Shown here piece after piece: positions 31,308 to 39,388 of a stretch of 64,000 nt of DNA. Under the pieces are notes generated by a model. The model was not told the origin of the DNA. It saw nothing but the letters and a program-made list of their open reading frames with translations, and made no database searches. Both the position numbers and the translations under genes were made by a program. Position 1 is the stretch's first letter; each line of letters opens with the position of its first letter. Location of the stretch: assembly GCA_965224025.1 (NCBI GenBank), contig OZ245033.1:4960001-5024000 (forward strand), read 5' to 3'. The stretch comes from Candidatus Multivorans sp. (lineage in GTDB: Bacteria > Acidobacteriota > Thermoanaerobaculia > Multivoradales > Multivoraceae).

Positions 31308-32660
31308 CTACTCGCCGACGGACCGCACGGTCCCGAACCGGTCCCCCAGCCATCCCTCGAGCCGCCCGCCGCCGCTGAAGACGGTCTCCTCGCGCCGAGG
31401 GCCGGAGGAGATGAGATCCGCGCTCGCGTCGAGCTCCTGTTCGAGGAAGTCGATGTAGTCGAGGGCCGCCCGCGGCAGCTCGCCGCGGTCGAGGACCCCA
31501 CGCGTGTCCTGCTTCCAGCCTGGGAAGGTGCGGTAGACGGGCTCCGCGCCGGCCAGGCGCGAGGTCACCGCGGGCAGATCGCGGACCACCTCGCCGCCGA
31601 TGCGATAGCCGACGCAGACCTGGAGTTCGTCGAGCTCGTCCAGCACGTCGATCTTCGTCAGCGCCAGGCAGCGGGCGCCGTTGACGCGGGCGGCGTGGCG
31701 CAGGATGACCAGGTCGAGCCACCCGCAGCGCCGGTGCCGACCGGTCGTCGTGCCGAACTCGTGACCGCGGTCCCGCAGGTGCAGGCCTACGTCGTCCTTG
31801 AGCTCGGTAGGCATCGGCCCCTCGCCGACCCGGGTCGTGTAGGCCTTGACCACGCCGATGGCGCCGTCGATCGCGGTCGGCGGCACGCCGCTGCCGACCA
31901 CCGCCCCGCCGGCGGTCGAGTTCGAGCTCGTGACGTAGGGGTAGGTCCCGTGATCGACGTCCAGCAGGGCGCCCTGCGCGCCCTCGAACAGCACGGTGCC
32001 CCCACCGCGCATCAGGGTGTCGAGCTCGACCGAAAGGTCGCACAGGTAGGGGGACAGGCTTTCCGCCCAGCGGGTGAAGTCCGCGGCGGCGGCCTCAGGG
32101 TCCAGCTCGGCGCCGGCGGCGGCGTCTCGCTCGAAGTCGGCGACCCGCACGATCTGACGGTTCATCATCGCCTCGCCGCCGGCCACGAGTTCCGCCAGAC
32201 GGATTCCGGTGCGGCCGATCTTGCTCTCGTACGCGGGGCCGATGCCCTTGGCGGTGGTGCCGATGCGGTCCGCGCCCCGCGCCTCTTCACGGATGTGATC
32301 GAGAGCGACATGGACCGGCGTCAGGGCATGGGCGCGGTCGGAGAGCCGCAGCCGCCCGGAAGTTTCGATGCCGCGTTGCTCGAGTTGGGCGACTTCGCGG
32401 AGGAACGCGTCCGGGTCGATCACCATGCCGTTGCCGAGGTAGCAGGCCATGCCGGGTTGCAGGATGCCGGACGGGATCAGGTGCAGGGCGAAGTGCTCGG
32501 CGCCCTCGCCGCTGCCGAACTTCACGGTGTGGCCAGCGTTGTTGCCGCCCTGGAAGCGGACCACGGCGTCGAAGGCCGGGCAGAGAAGATCGATGATCTT
32601 CCCCTTGCCCTCGTCGCCCCACTGCATGCCGACGACGACTACGTTGAACGCGACTGTCAC
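31308..32660 (-). CDS. purA: adenylosuccinate synthetase
   Basis: QWGDEGKGK, GGNNAGHT, GIGPAY, EGAQG, GTTTGR, RRCGWLD. Confidence 0.97.
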   Translation of the reverse strand: MTVAFNVVVVGMQWGDEGKGKIIDLLCPAFDAVVRFQGGNNAGHTVKFGSGEGAEHFALHLIPSGILQPGMACYLGNGMVIDPDAFLREVAQLEQRGIETSGRLRLSDRAHALTPVHVALDHIREEARGADRIGTTAKGIGPAYESKIGRTGIRLAELVAGGEAMMNRQIVRVADFERDAAAGAELDPEAAAADFTRWAESLSPYLCDLSVELDTLMRGGGTVLFEGAQGALLDVDHGTYPYVTSSNSTAGGAVVGSGVPPTAIDGAIGVVKAYTTRVGEGPMPTELKDDVGLHLRDRGHEFGTTTGRHRRCGWLDLVILRHAARVNGARCLALTKIDVLDELDELQVCVGYRIGGEVVRDLPAVTSRLAGAEPVYRTFPGWKQDTRGVLDRGELPRAALDYIDFLEQELDASADLISSGPRREETVFSGGGRLEGWLGDRFGTVRSVGE

Positions 32661-32804
32661 GAATCCCTCGCTAGTCCCATGACCGACCCCGCGCCTCGGA
32701 AGTCGCCAAGTCCGGCGCCTTCCAGCACTCGTGTTTCGGCCCGCATCGCCCGACGCGGGGGAGCGCGACCCTAGCAGCGACCCGCTAGCCTATCATTCGG
32801 GTCT

Positions 32805-34676
32805 GTGCGCGAAGGCCCGCAGGTGGCGCCCGCAAGCGGTGCGACCCTCGCCGTCTGGCGGCGCGACTCGACAATCGGCCTGTTGTCCGGTGCGCTGCTG
32901 TTCGGGGGGCCCATCTCGATCGCCCACCTTCTGCACAACCGGGTCGAGAGTCCGGTCACGGCGCTCGCGTCGCTGGTTCTGTTTGCGCTGCTCTACGGCT
33001 GCGGAGTCGGAGCGGCGCTCGGCGCTTTGGGTTGGCTGCTGCGGGTGGCGGCGTTCCCCCGCTTCAGGCTTACCGGCGACCCGGCGGTCTTGGCCGCCTG
33101 CCTCCTGAACCAGGCCTTCTTTCAGCCGGTCGTCTTCTATGGCCTGACCTACGAGCAGGTTCCGTGGTTCGAACCGCGGAGTTTCTCGGGCATGGCGCTG
33201 TTCCTGATCGCCGCCGGCATCCTGCTGGGCAGCGTCGTCTGGCTGGCGACGCTGGCGGTCGCCGCCGGTATCCGGCGTCTTGCGGCCGGCGGGCAGTTTC
33301 GGCGGCTCCTGGCCGCTGGCGCGGCAGTCCTCGCCGCCGCGCACCTGGCCCTGCCCATCGCCTTCCGGCTCTCGCCCGAGGCCGAGCCGGCGCCGTTCGA
33401 CCCGGCAGCTCTGATCGCTCACCCCGGTCAGCCAGTTGCCCTCCTCGGCTTCGACGGCTTGGACCCGGACCTTCTTCTCGAGCTGATCGACGACGACCAA
33501 CTGCCGAACCTTGCGGAGTTCGTCCGCGAGGGCGCATTCGGCCGTCTCGACACGTTCCCCGGCGCCAACTCGGCCGTGATCTGGGCCTCGCTCTACACCG
33601 GAGAGTCGCCCGCCCGCCACCGCGTCCACGACTTCTATCGCGTGCGCTTCCCCGGCGCCGGCGCCGGCCTGTTCCCGGTCCACCGGACCTACTTCAAGGA
33701 GCTGATCGATCGTCTCGCCTGGGCGCCGGGGATCTCGCGGCGCTTCGTCAACCGCCTCGATCTGCGCTCGCCGCCGATCTGGGAGATCGCGGACCGGGCG
33801 GGTGTCCCGACCGCCGTCGTCGACGGCTACTTCTACTCCTTCCCGGCCCAGCCTCAGCTCGATCCGGGAAGCCGGCTGCTCGCCTACGGCTTGAACGACG
33901 CCCTGGCGAGTTCCGGGAACGCGGATGCTTCCCCTGGGAACGCGGGCGTCCGGCCCGCATCCGGGTCCGCAGACCCGACCCTCGCCTGGTTCGCCCAGCC
34001 GCCCGATCTGCCGTCAGAAATCGAGGGCGCGGCGGCCGGGCACGCCGACCTCGCGTGGCAGAGCCGGGCGGCCGTGGCGCTGCTCGAGCACCGCGCGCGC
34101 CGCGGCCAGACGCCGCCCCGTTTCTTCAGCCTCTACACCCACGAACCGGACACCGTCTCGCACCAGCGCTGGCGCTGGGCCGAGCCGGAGCGGTTTCCCT
34201 TCGTGTCGCGCCCCGGCATCGACGAGCACGGCCAGTCGGTGGCGGACGTCTACCGGCGGATCGACGCCCTGGTCGGCGAGCTGCGGCGCGCCCTCGGCCC
34301 CGAGACGGTCTTCGTGATCGCTTCGGACCACGGCCAGTCGCCGACCTTCGTCCATCGTCTCTACACTCAGCACCGGCACGGCCCGGACGGCGTCCTGCTG
34401 CTCCACGGGCCGGGCGTCCGTCGGGGTCACCGGCTCGACAGCAGCCACGTGCTCGACGTCTTCCCGACCGTCCTGGCGCTGCTCGGTTTGCCGGTGCCCG
34501 CCGATACCGAAGGCAAGGTGCTGGATGGCGCGTTCGAGGCGGCGCCGGGCGCTGGGTCGCGGGCCCGGATCCCGACCTATCGCGGCGCCTGGGAACCCGT
34601 CGACACGGTGGGAGGTACGGATGTCGAGCGGACGCGGCAGGAGATCGAGCGTCTAAAGGCGATGGGGTACCTGTAG
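32805..34676 (+). CDS. membrane-anchored alkaline phosphatase/phosphodiesterase superfamily protein
   Basis: N-terminal TM helices, LLGFDGLD, WASLYTG, EPDTVSH, SDHG, DVFPTVLALLG, C-terminal ERLKAMGYL. Confidence 0.8.
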   Translation: MREGPQVAPASGATLAVWRRDSTIGLLSGALLFGGPISIAHLLHNRVESPVTALASLVLFALLYGCGVGAALGALGWLLRVAAFPRFRLTGDPAVLAACLLNQAFFQPVVFYGLTYEQVPWFEPRSFSGMALFLIAAGILLGSVVWLATLAVAAGIRRLAAGGQFRRLLAAGAAVLAAAHLALPIAFRLSPEAEPAPFDPAALIAHPGQPVALLGFDGLDPDLLLELIDDDQLPNLAEFVREGAFGRLDTFPGANSAVIWASLYTGESPARHRVHDFYRVRFPGAGAGLFPVHRTYFKELIDRLAWAPGISRRFVNRLDLRSPPIWEIADRAGVPTAVVDGYFYSFPAQPQLDPGSRLLAYGLNDALASSGNADASPGNAGVRPASGSADPTLAWFAQPPDLPSEIEGAAAGHADLAWQSRAAVALLEHRARRGQTPPRFFSLYTHEPDTVSHQRWRWAEPERFPFVSRPGIDEHGQSVADVYRRIDALVGELRRALGPETVFVIASDHGQSPTFVHRLYTQHRHGPDGVLLLHGPGVRRGHRLDSSHVLDVFPTVLALLGLPVPADTEGKVLDGAFEAAPGAGSRARIPTYRGAWEPVDTVGGTDVERTRQEIERLKAMGYL

Positions 34677-34680
34677 CGAT

Positions 34681-34710
34681 CGGCTGACCACGAAGTGGTC
34701 GCCGACCTTT
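34681..34710 (+). terminator. possible intrinsic terminator
   Basis: Hairpin CGGC-T-GACCAC-GAA-GTGGTC-GCCG then ACCTTT just after the stop; weak U-tail. Confidence 0.35.
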
Positions 34711-34738
34711 GGCCGGCGCGTGTTTCTGGCCGCCTTAG

Positions 34739-34788
34739 TCGGTTAGTGCGAGAAACCGTGCGAGTTGTGCGAGAGTTAGTGCGAGAAA
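34739..34788 (+). repeat. left-end transposase-binding-like repeats
   Basis: TTAGTGCGAGAAA at 34743-34755 and 34776-34788; partial GTGCGAG at 34758 and 34767. Confidence 0.8.
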
Positions 34789-34790
34789 GG

Positions 34791-34830
34791 GACGGGTAGA
34801 TGCGGGTGGATGCGGGTAAATGCGGGTGAG
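34791..34830 (+). repeat. 10-bp tandem repeat, about 4 units
   Basis: gacgggtaga tgcgggtgga tgcgggtaaa tgcgggtgag. Confidence 0.75.
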
Positions 34831-35065
34831 TGTGGCGCGGCTCGTGGCGGCGCTCAGCGACGCAGGAGTGGTGGACCCGGGACGGGTGGCGCAGGAGCTC
34901 GGACGACGGTGCGCCGGCATGCGCGTGCCAACCGAGGCGGCTGTGGAGCGCACCGTGACGGCGGCCGAGCGGTCAGAGCTGGCGCGATGCGTGGGGAGCG
35001 CCGAGGAGCTGGAGGACGCGGCGGGAATCAGTCGGCGCCACGCGAGGCGACTGAAAGGGGTCTAG
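34820..35065 (+). CDS. small Mor/C-like transcription activator (putative)
   Basis: 81 aa with C-terminal HTH-like SAEELEDAAGISRRHARRL; located at the end of a Mu-like element. Confidence 0.45.
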   Translation: MRVSVARLVAALSDAGVVDPGRVAQELGRRCAGMRVPTEAAVERTVTAAERSELARCVGSAEELEDAAGISRRHARRLKGV

Positions 35066-36077
35066 CGCTGATCGCCACTGCGCCGGCATCGAGCATGGCC
35101 GCGAGGCGGGGGTCCCAGTCCGGGTCCGCATCGAGCCGCTCGACGCAGCTCGGGTGTAGCGACTGAACGGCGGCGCCGGTGTGCGGCACAGGGCGACAGA
35201 ACGGCGGCCACACCCGATAGAGGCCGCCCCGCGAAACGCCGATCGGCGCCAGCGGGTCTGGGTCGGGATGGTCACCCTCTCGAGGGTGGACAGACAGGCC
35301 GGCCGCCGCGATGTGCTGCCACATCCAGTTCAGGGCAATGTCCGACAGCCCCCGCACGGCCCGGCCGCCGCCGACGTCGCTGTGCACGCCGGGAAACCAG
35401 ACCTGGTGCAGTTGCTGTCGCGCCCCCGGCGCGTTGCGCCAGAGTGTCGGACGGAACGGGCGACGGGCTTCGTCGATCGCGAGGGCGTGGCATGCGATCT
35501 CGACGTGGTCGCCCAAAGAGACGTCGTGGAAGCGGTGGCGTCCAGCAGACAGCCAGTCCAGCGGCTCGGGGACGCCCAGAGCTCCGACAGTGTCCCAGAC
35601 TCCGACAAATCGAATCGGGGCGTGCCGGCCGAGCAATTGTTCGGCGACCGCCATTCGCTGTTTGCCGGATCGATATACCGCCATCGCCTGCCGGGCGACT
35701 CGCCGAGAGTCGGCCGCTCGCTTCCTCGTCGCCCTGTCCCACTCGGGGACGGAGGGGATGCCGCACAGTCCGATCAGGCCGGCGAGGCTGCGGGCGGTAT
35801 AGGCGCCGCGGCTGTAGCCGAGAGCCCAGATCCTGTCGTCCGGATCCCAGACTTCAACAAGCCAGGCATACGCATCCTCGACGTTTTTTTGCAGCCCGAG
35901 GCCGAACGCGCCGCCGCGGAAACGGTCCCATCGACCCGTGCCGACGCCGGGGTCGTAGTACGTCTTGACGCCTTGCTTGACCGCATGCCAGGTGCGGCAG
36001 ACGTTCGTCGGCCGCACCGCGTCCGCCTCGTTCCAGGTCCCGTCGAACAGGAGCACCAAGTCTGACCCGTGCCTCAC
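35028..36077 (-). CDS. DUF2235 alpha/beta hydrolase (Tle1-like phospholipase domain)
   Basis: FDGTWN, TNV, YDPGVG, GYSRGAYTARSLAG, GVWDTV, HALAIDEAR, WFPGVHSDVGG; GTG 36077 overlaps the gemA stop. Confidence 0.9.
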   Translation of the reverse strand: MRHGSDLVLLFDGTWNEADAVRPTNVCRTWHAVKQGVKTYYDPGVGTGRWDRFRGGAFGLGLQKNVEDAYAWLVEVWDPDDRIWALGYSRGAYTARSLAGLIGLCGIPSVPEWDRATRKRAADSRRVARQAMAVYRSGKQRMAVAEQLLGRHAPIRFVGVWDTVGALGVPEPLDWLSAGRHRFHDVSLGDHVEIACHALAIDEARRPFRPTLWRNAPGARQQLHQVWFPGVHSDVGGGRAVRGLSDIALNWMWQHIAAAGLSVHPREGDHPDPDPLAPIGVSRGGLYRVWPPFCRPVPHTGAAVQSLHPSCVERLDADPDWDPRLAAMLDAGAVAISARPLSVASRGAD

Positions 36078-36481
36078 CGCCGCCCCTTCCAGGCACGCAA
36101 GCCTTCGATGACCCTGGTCGCCTCTGCGCTCGTGCGGACGCTTGTCAGCCGTTGGCTGCGCTCCAGCCACGTCGCGAGCGCCGCCTCGGTCAAACCAAGC
36201 TCGGCGCGCAGGTCGTCGATCAGGCGCCGCTGAGAAGCGGTTACCATACGGACGACGCCGGCCGGGAGTCGGGCCGGCGGCCGGCCCCTCGGCCGGCGCT
36301 TCGGCTTGGGCACGCCCAGGCGGCGCAGCAGTTCGCTGGCGTCGCGGATGTTCAGATCCGTGCAGCTCTTCGCGCCCCACCCCTCGTCGAGCATCCGTTC
36401 GTAGGTCTCCCTGTCGACGCCGGCGGCGCTCCTGGCGGTGTGGATGGCGCGAACCTGCGACGCCGTGATCGGGGCGGTCAT
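36074..36481 (-). CDS. gemA: Mu GemA/gp16-family regulatory protein
   Basis: AIHTARSAAGVDRETYERML...GAKSCTDL...ASQRRLIDDL...EATRVIEGLRAW. Confidence 0.75.
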   Translation of the reverse strand: MTAPITASQVRAIHTARSAAGVDRETYERMLDEGWGAKSCTDLNIRDASELLRRLGVPKPKRRPRGRPPARLPAGVVRMVTASQRRLIDDLRAELGLTEAALATWLERSQRLTSVRTSAEATRVIEGLRAWKGRR

Positions 36482-36482
36482 C

Positions 36483-36938
36483 TCACCCTTCCCGTGTTGC
36501 CTCGCTGTCGCCCGCCTCGCTCTCGTCAAGCGCGTCGAGCTTTGCCTGGTGTGCGACATCGATCCGGGTTACCGCTTCCTCGTAGGCGCCGCCGAGCGCC
36601 GCCTTGCCCGCGGTCCACCGCTCATTCCATTCGGAACGGACGCCGGCGATCGCTTTGCCGCGGTTTCGGTTCCACTGGTGGGTGAAGGCGAGCTCGTCTG
36701 CTCGGTACTTTGCCGCGGCGGCACTTCTCGCCTCGCCGCGCTCGCGTTCGAGGTCGCGGATGCGTCGTCGGCGGACCCATTCCCGGTCCTTTTTGGCCCG
36801 CTGCTCGAGGTAGGCGCGGTAGCGCTCGGCTTGACGTCGCCGGATGGCTTCGCGCTTGGCCTGGTAGTCCTTGGCGGCCTGGTAGCGCTCGTGGAAATCG
36901 GCCCGGATGCGGTCCGCGTCTTCGTGCGTGACCACCAC
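36483..36938 (-). CDS. charged helical phage protein, possibly 5'-truncated
   Basis: 151 aa Arg/Glu/Ala-rich ORF ending 1 nt before gemA; no clear RBS. Confidence 0.6.
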   Translation of the reverse strand: MVVTHEDADRIRADFHERYQAAKDYQAKREAIRRRQAERYRAYLEQRAKKDREWVRRRRIRDLERERGEARSAAAAKYRADELAFTHQWNRNRGKAIAGVRSEWNERWTAGKAALGGAYEEAVTRIDVAHQAKLDALDESEAGDSEATREG

Positions 36939-36939
36939 G

Positions 36940-37026
36940 GACGAGCAGCCCGTGCCGCTGATCGCGCCGGCGACTCCGACGCTGACGCGCGCCGGCCTGC
37001 GCGGCTTCCGCGGGGCGATCGGATGA
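36940..37026 (+). pseudogene. C-terminal remnant of a Mu gp36-like neck/adaptor gene
   Basis: DEQPVPLIAPATPTLTRAGLRGFRGAIG* ends in an ATGA overlap with the next gene but lacks its own start; resembles gp36 C-termini (recalled). Confidence 0.4.
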
Positions 37027-37505
37027 GCGAGGGCCGCATGTCCCTGGACGCCTGGCGCGAGCGTCTCGAGACGTTCCAGCCCCGGAGCCTCACGGTGGAC
37101 GGCGAGGCGCCGCCGCCGCTCGGCGAGGACGTGGACATCGACGCGACGACGGTCGACGAGGCCGCCCGCGCCGGCGCCCGCCGCGACGGCCTGTGGCTGG
37201 TCTGGTCTGCGGAGACCGGGCCGTCGAGCGACATCATCGGCAGGACGAGGCAGTTGCGCCGCGCCGAGGTGGTCGTGCTGTCCCGCGTGGCCGATCGCCG
37301 CGCCGGCGCGCCGTTCTCGGCCCAGGATGCCCTGGACCGGCTGCGGGCGCGAGTGGACGCCGCGCTGCTCGGCTGGATCCCTCCGGGCGCGATGACGCCC
37401 GTCGATTTCGTGCGCGGCGCAGCCCTGGCGCCGGGCAAGGACGGCGCCGCCTGGTGGGCCGACGCCTACGCCGCCGACCGCCTAGTTTCCGCGGACGGAG
37501 CATGA
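37023..37505 (+). CDS. phage tail terminator/completion protein
   Basis: 160 aa directly before the tail tube; ALDRLRARVDAALLGWIP...WWADAY. Confidence 0.65.
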   Translation: MSEGRMSLDAWRERLETFQPRSLTVDGEAPPPLGEDVDIDATTVDEAARAGARRDGLWLVWSAETGPSSDIIGRTRQLRRAEVVVLSRVADRRAGAPFSAQDALDRLRARVDAALLGWIPPGAMTPVDFVRGAALAPGKDGAAWWADAYAADRLVSADGA

Positions 37506-37518
37506 GGAGGAGGATGCG

Positions 37519-38529
37519 ATGACGTTGTTGGCGATGAAGAAGGTGTTGCTCTACAAGCCGGAGGCGGCCTACGGCGTGGCGCCCGCCGCCTTCACCGGCG
37601 CCGACGCGATCGAGGTGCACGAGCCGGATCTGACGGCGCTCGACGGCGGCACCGTGAGCCGGGAGCTGATGTGGCCGTATTTCGGGGCCAGCGACCCGGT
37701 CCAGGTCGACTCGCACGTGCGGCTGGCCTTCAGCGTGGAGCTGACGAGCGGGGGCGGCTTCACGCCCGCCACCGAGGCGATCTCGGCGCCGAAGTTCGGG
37801 GGCCTGCTCAAGGCGTGCGGGATGAAGGAGACGACCGGCAAGGCGGCCGTGGCCGACACCAACAACTCGAAAGTCGAGTACGCGCCGGAGACGAACGCCT
37901 CCGGCTCCTCGGTGACGCTGATCTGGAACATGGACGGCCAGCAGCACAGGCTGCTCGGCGCCCGCGGCACCTGGACGCTGGAGTTCGCCAGCAAGGAAAT
38001 CCCCCGGATCCGGTTCGAGTTCACGGGGCTATGGGCCTCGCCGAGCTCCATAACCCAGATCGACCCGGGGGGCTACGTCGGCTGGCAGGAGGCCGTCGCG
38101 GGCTCGAACGCGGCGTCCACGTTTTTGATCCACGGCACGCACGACCTGGCGCTCCACCGGCTGTCCGTCGCCCTCGGCGCGCAACCGGTGCACCGCGAGG
38201 TGGTGGGCGCCGACAACGACGTGCCGATCACCGGCCGCGAGACGACGGGCAGCGTGACGATGGACGCCGAGAAGCTGCTGGCCTGGAACCCGTTCCGCCT
38301 GGCGCAGAAGGCGACCAAGGACGCGCTGCAGCTCGCGCACGGCTTCACCGACTCGGCGAAGAGCATGCTCGCGGCCGGGAACCGCGGCAAGATCGTGGTG
38401 CTCGACGCCCCGCAGGTCGTGCTCTCCGAGCCGCGCTACGGCGACGACCAGGGCGTGGCCACGATCGAGGCGACGCTGACGATGGTGCCGGAAAGCGGCA
38501 ACGACGAAGTGAAGTTGACGTTCCAGTGA
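37519..38529 (+). CDS. major tail tube protein (non-contractile tail)
   Basis: KPEAAYG, PKFGGLLKACG, GARG, IRFEFTGL, ITGRETTG, GNDEVKLTF; RBS AGGAGGAGG. Confidence 0.8.
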   Translation: MTLLAMKKVLLYKPEAAYGVAPAAFTGADAIEVHEPDLTALDGGTVSRELMWPYFGASDPVQVDSHVRLAFSVELTSGGGFTPATEAISAPKFGGLLKACGMKETTGKAAVADTNNSKVEYAPETNASGSSVTLIWNMDGQQHRLLGARGTWTLEFASKEIPRIRFEFTGLWASPSSITQIDPGGYVGWQEAVAGSNAASTFLIHGTHDLALHRLSVALGAQPVHREVVGADNDVPITGRETTGSVTMDAEKLLAWNPFRLAQKATKDALQLAHGFTDSAKSMLAAGNRGKIVVLDAPQVVLSEPRYGDDQGVATIEATLTMVPESGNDEVKLTFQ

Positions 38530-38557
38530 GCGGACCCCCTGGTCGAGGAGGAATCGC

Positions 38558-38965
38558 ATGACGTTCAGGCTGGCCGACCCCGACGCCGTCTACGAGACGG
38601 CGGTCACGATCTCGGTGCCCGCTTCCGGCGGACCGGAGGAGCGGGAATTCACGGCGCACTTCCGGCTGCCGGCCCCCGCGGCCGTCCGGGCCGCGGCTCT
38701 CGAAGGCGACCCGCAGTTCATGCTCTGCGTCCTCGCCGGCTGGGACGGCATCGAGGGCCACGACGGCAAGCCGCTCGATTTCTCGCCCGCGAACGTCGAG
38801 AAGCTGGCCGGGATCGCCTACTTCGCGCGCGGCGTGGCCGCCGCTTTCGAGCGCTTCTCGCTCGGGCTGCCGGGAAAAACGCCCGCGCGGTCGGCCGGCG
38901 GTTCGTCGCTCGCCGCGGCCGCGACGACCGACAGGAAGACGCGCGGGCGTTCGGCATCGACGTAG
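38558..38965 (+). CDS. tail assembly chaperone (lambda gpG-like)
   Basis: VLAGWDGIEG..G.PLDFS..N; lies between tube and tape measure; contains slippery G GGA AAA. Confidence 0.8.
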   Translation: MTFRLADPDAVYETAVTISVPASGGPEEREFTAHFRLPAPAAVRAAALEGDPQFMLCVLAGWDGIEGHDGKPLDFSPANVEKLAGIAYFARGVAAAFERFSLGLPGKTPARSAGGSSLAAAATTDRKTRGRSAST

Positions 38966-39240
38966 GGGCTGTTGTCCGCGAGGAGCCGGCGTGCTGGGTG
39001 CTACCTTCGGCGTGGGACGCCGCGCGAGCGTTCTCGGCCTGCGCGACCCAGTGGCGGATCGGCCCTGCCGGCGGGCTGCTGGGCCTGGACTACGCGGGCG
39101 CCCGGGCCGCGGTGCGGGGCGTGACCGCGGACGGCCTGGGCAAGGAGGCGTCGGGCCGCTCGCTGCGCTGGCGGCGGGTATTCGAGCTGCTGCGCGAGAT
39201 GGAGGCCGCGGCGCTCGACGCGCAGCCGCGGTGGCGGTGA
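38558..39240 (+). CDS. gpGT-like -1 frameshift product with DUF1799-like C-terminus
   Basis: Heptamer GGGAAAA at 38872-38878; -1 frame open to 39240 with TQWR..G...GLDY...EMEAAAL. Confidence 0.75.
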
Positions 39241-39255
39241 CCGAGCCCGCCCGCC

Positions 39256-39372
39256 TCAGCGTTGCTGGTCGGCGGCGAACGAGAGGGCGGCGATGACGGC
39301 CCGGATCACCAGCGCGCAGGCGGTGCCGCCGATTACTGCCGCGTACAGCGTCATGATGACAAACCCCCACAT
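39256..39372 (-). CDS. 38-aa membrane peptide (moron-like)
   Basis: MWGFVIMTLYAAVIGGTACALVIRAVIAALSFAADQQR fills the chaperone-TMP gap; extended -10 TGCTAGGGT 6 nt before the ATG. Confidence 0.6.
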   Translation of the reverse strand: MWGFVIMTLYAAVIGGTACALVIRAVIAALSFAADQQR

Positions 39373-39388
39373 GGGGGAACCCTAGCAA

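Noticed and set aside
34716-34740. Canonical TG...CA termini with a 5-bp target duplication (e.g. 34721 or 34727 with 50102)
   Set aside because: Flanks GCGCG or GTTTC versus GCGGA do not match, so exact termini are left undefined
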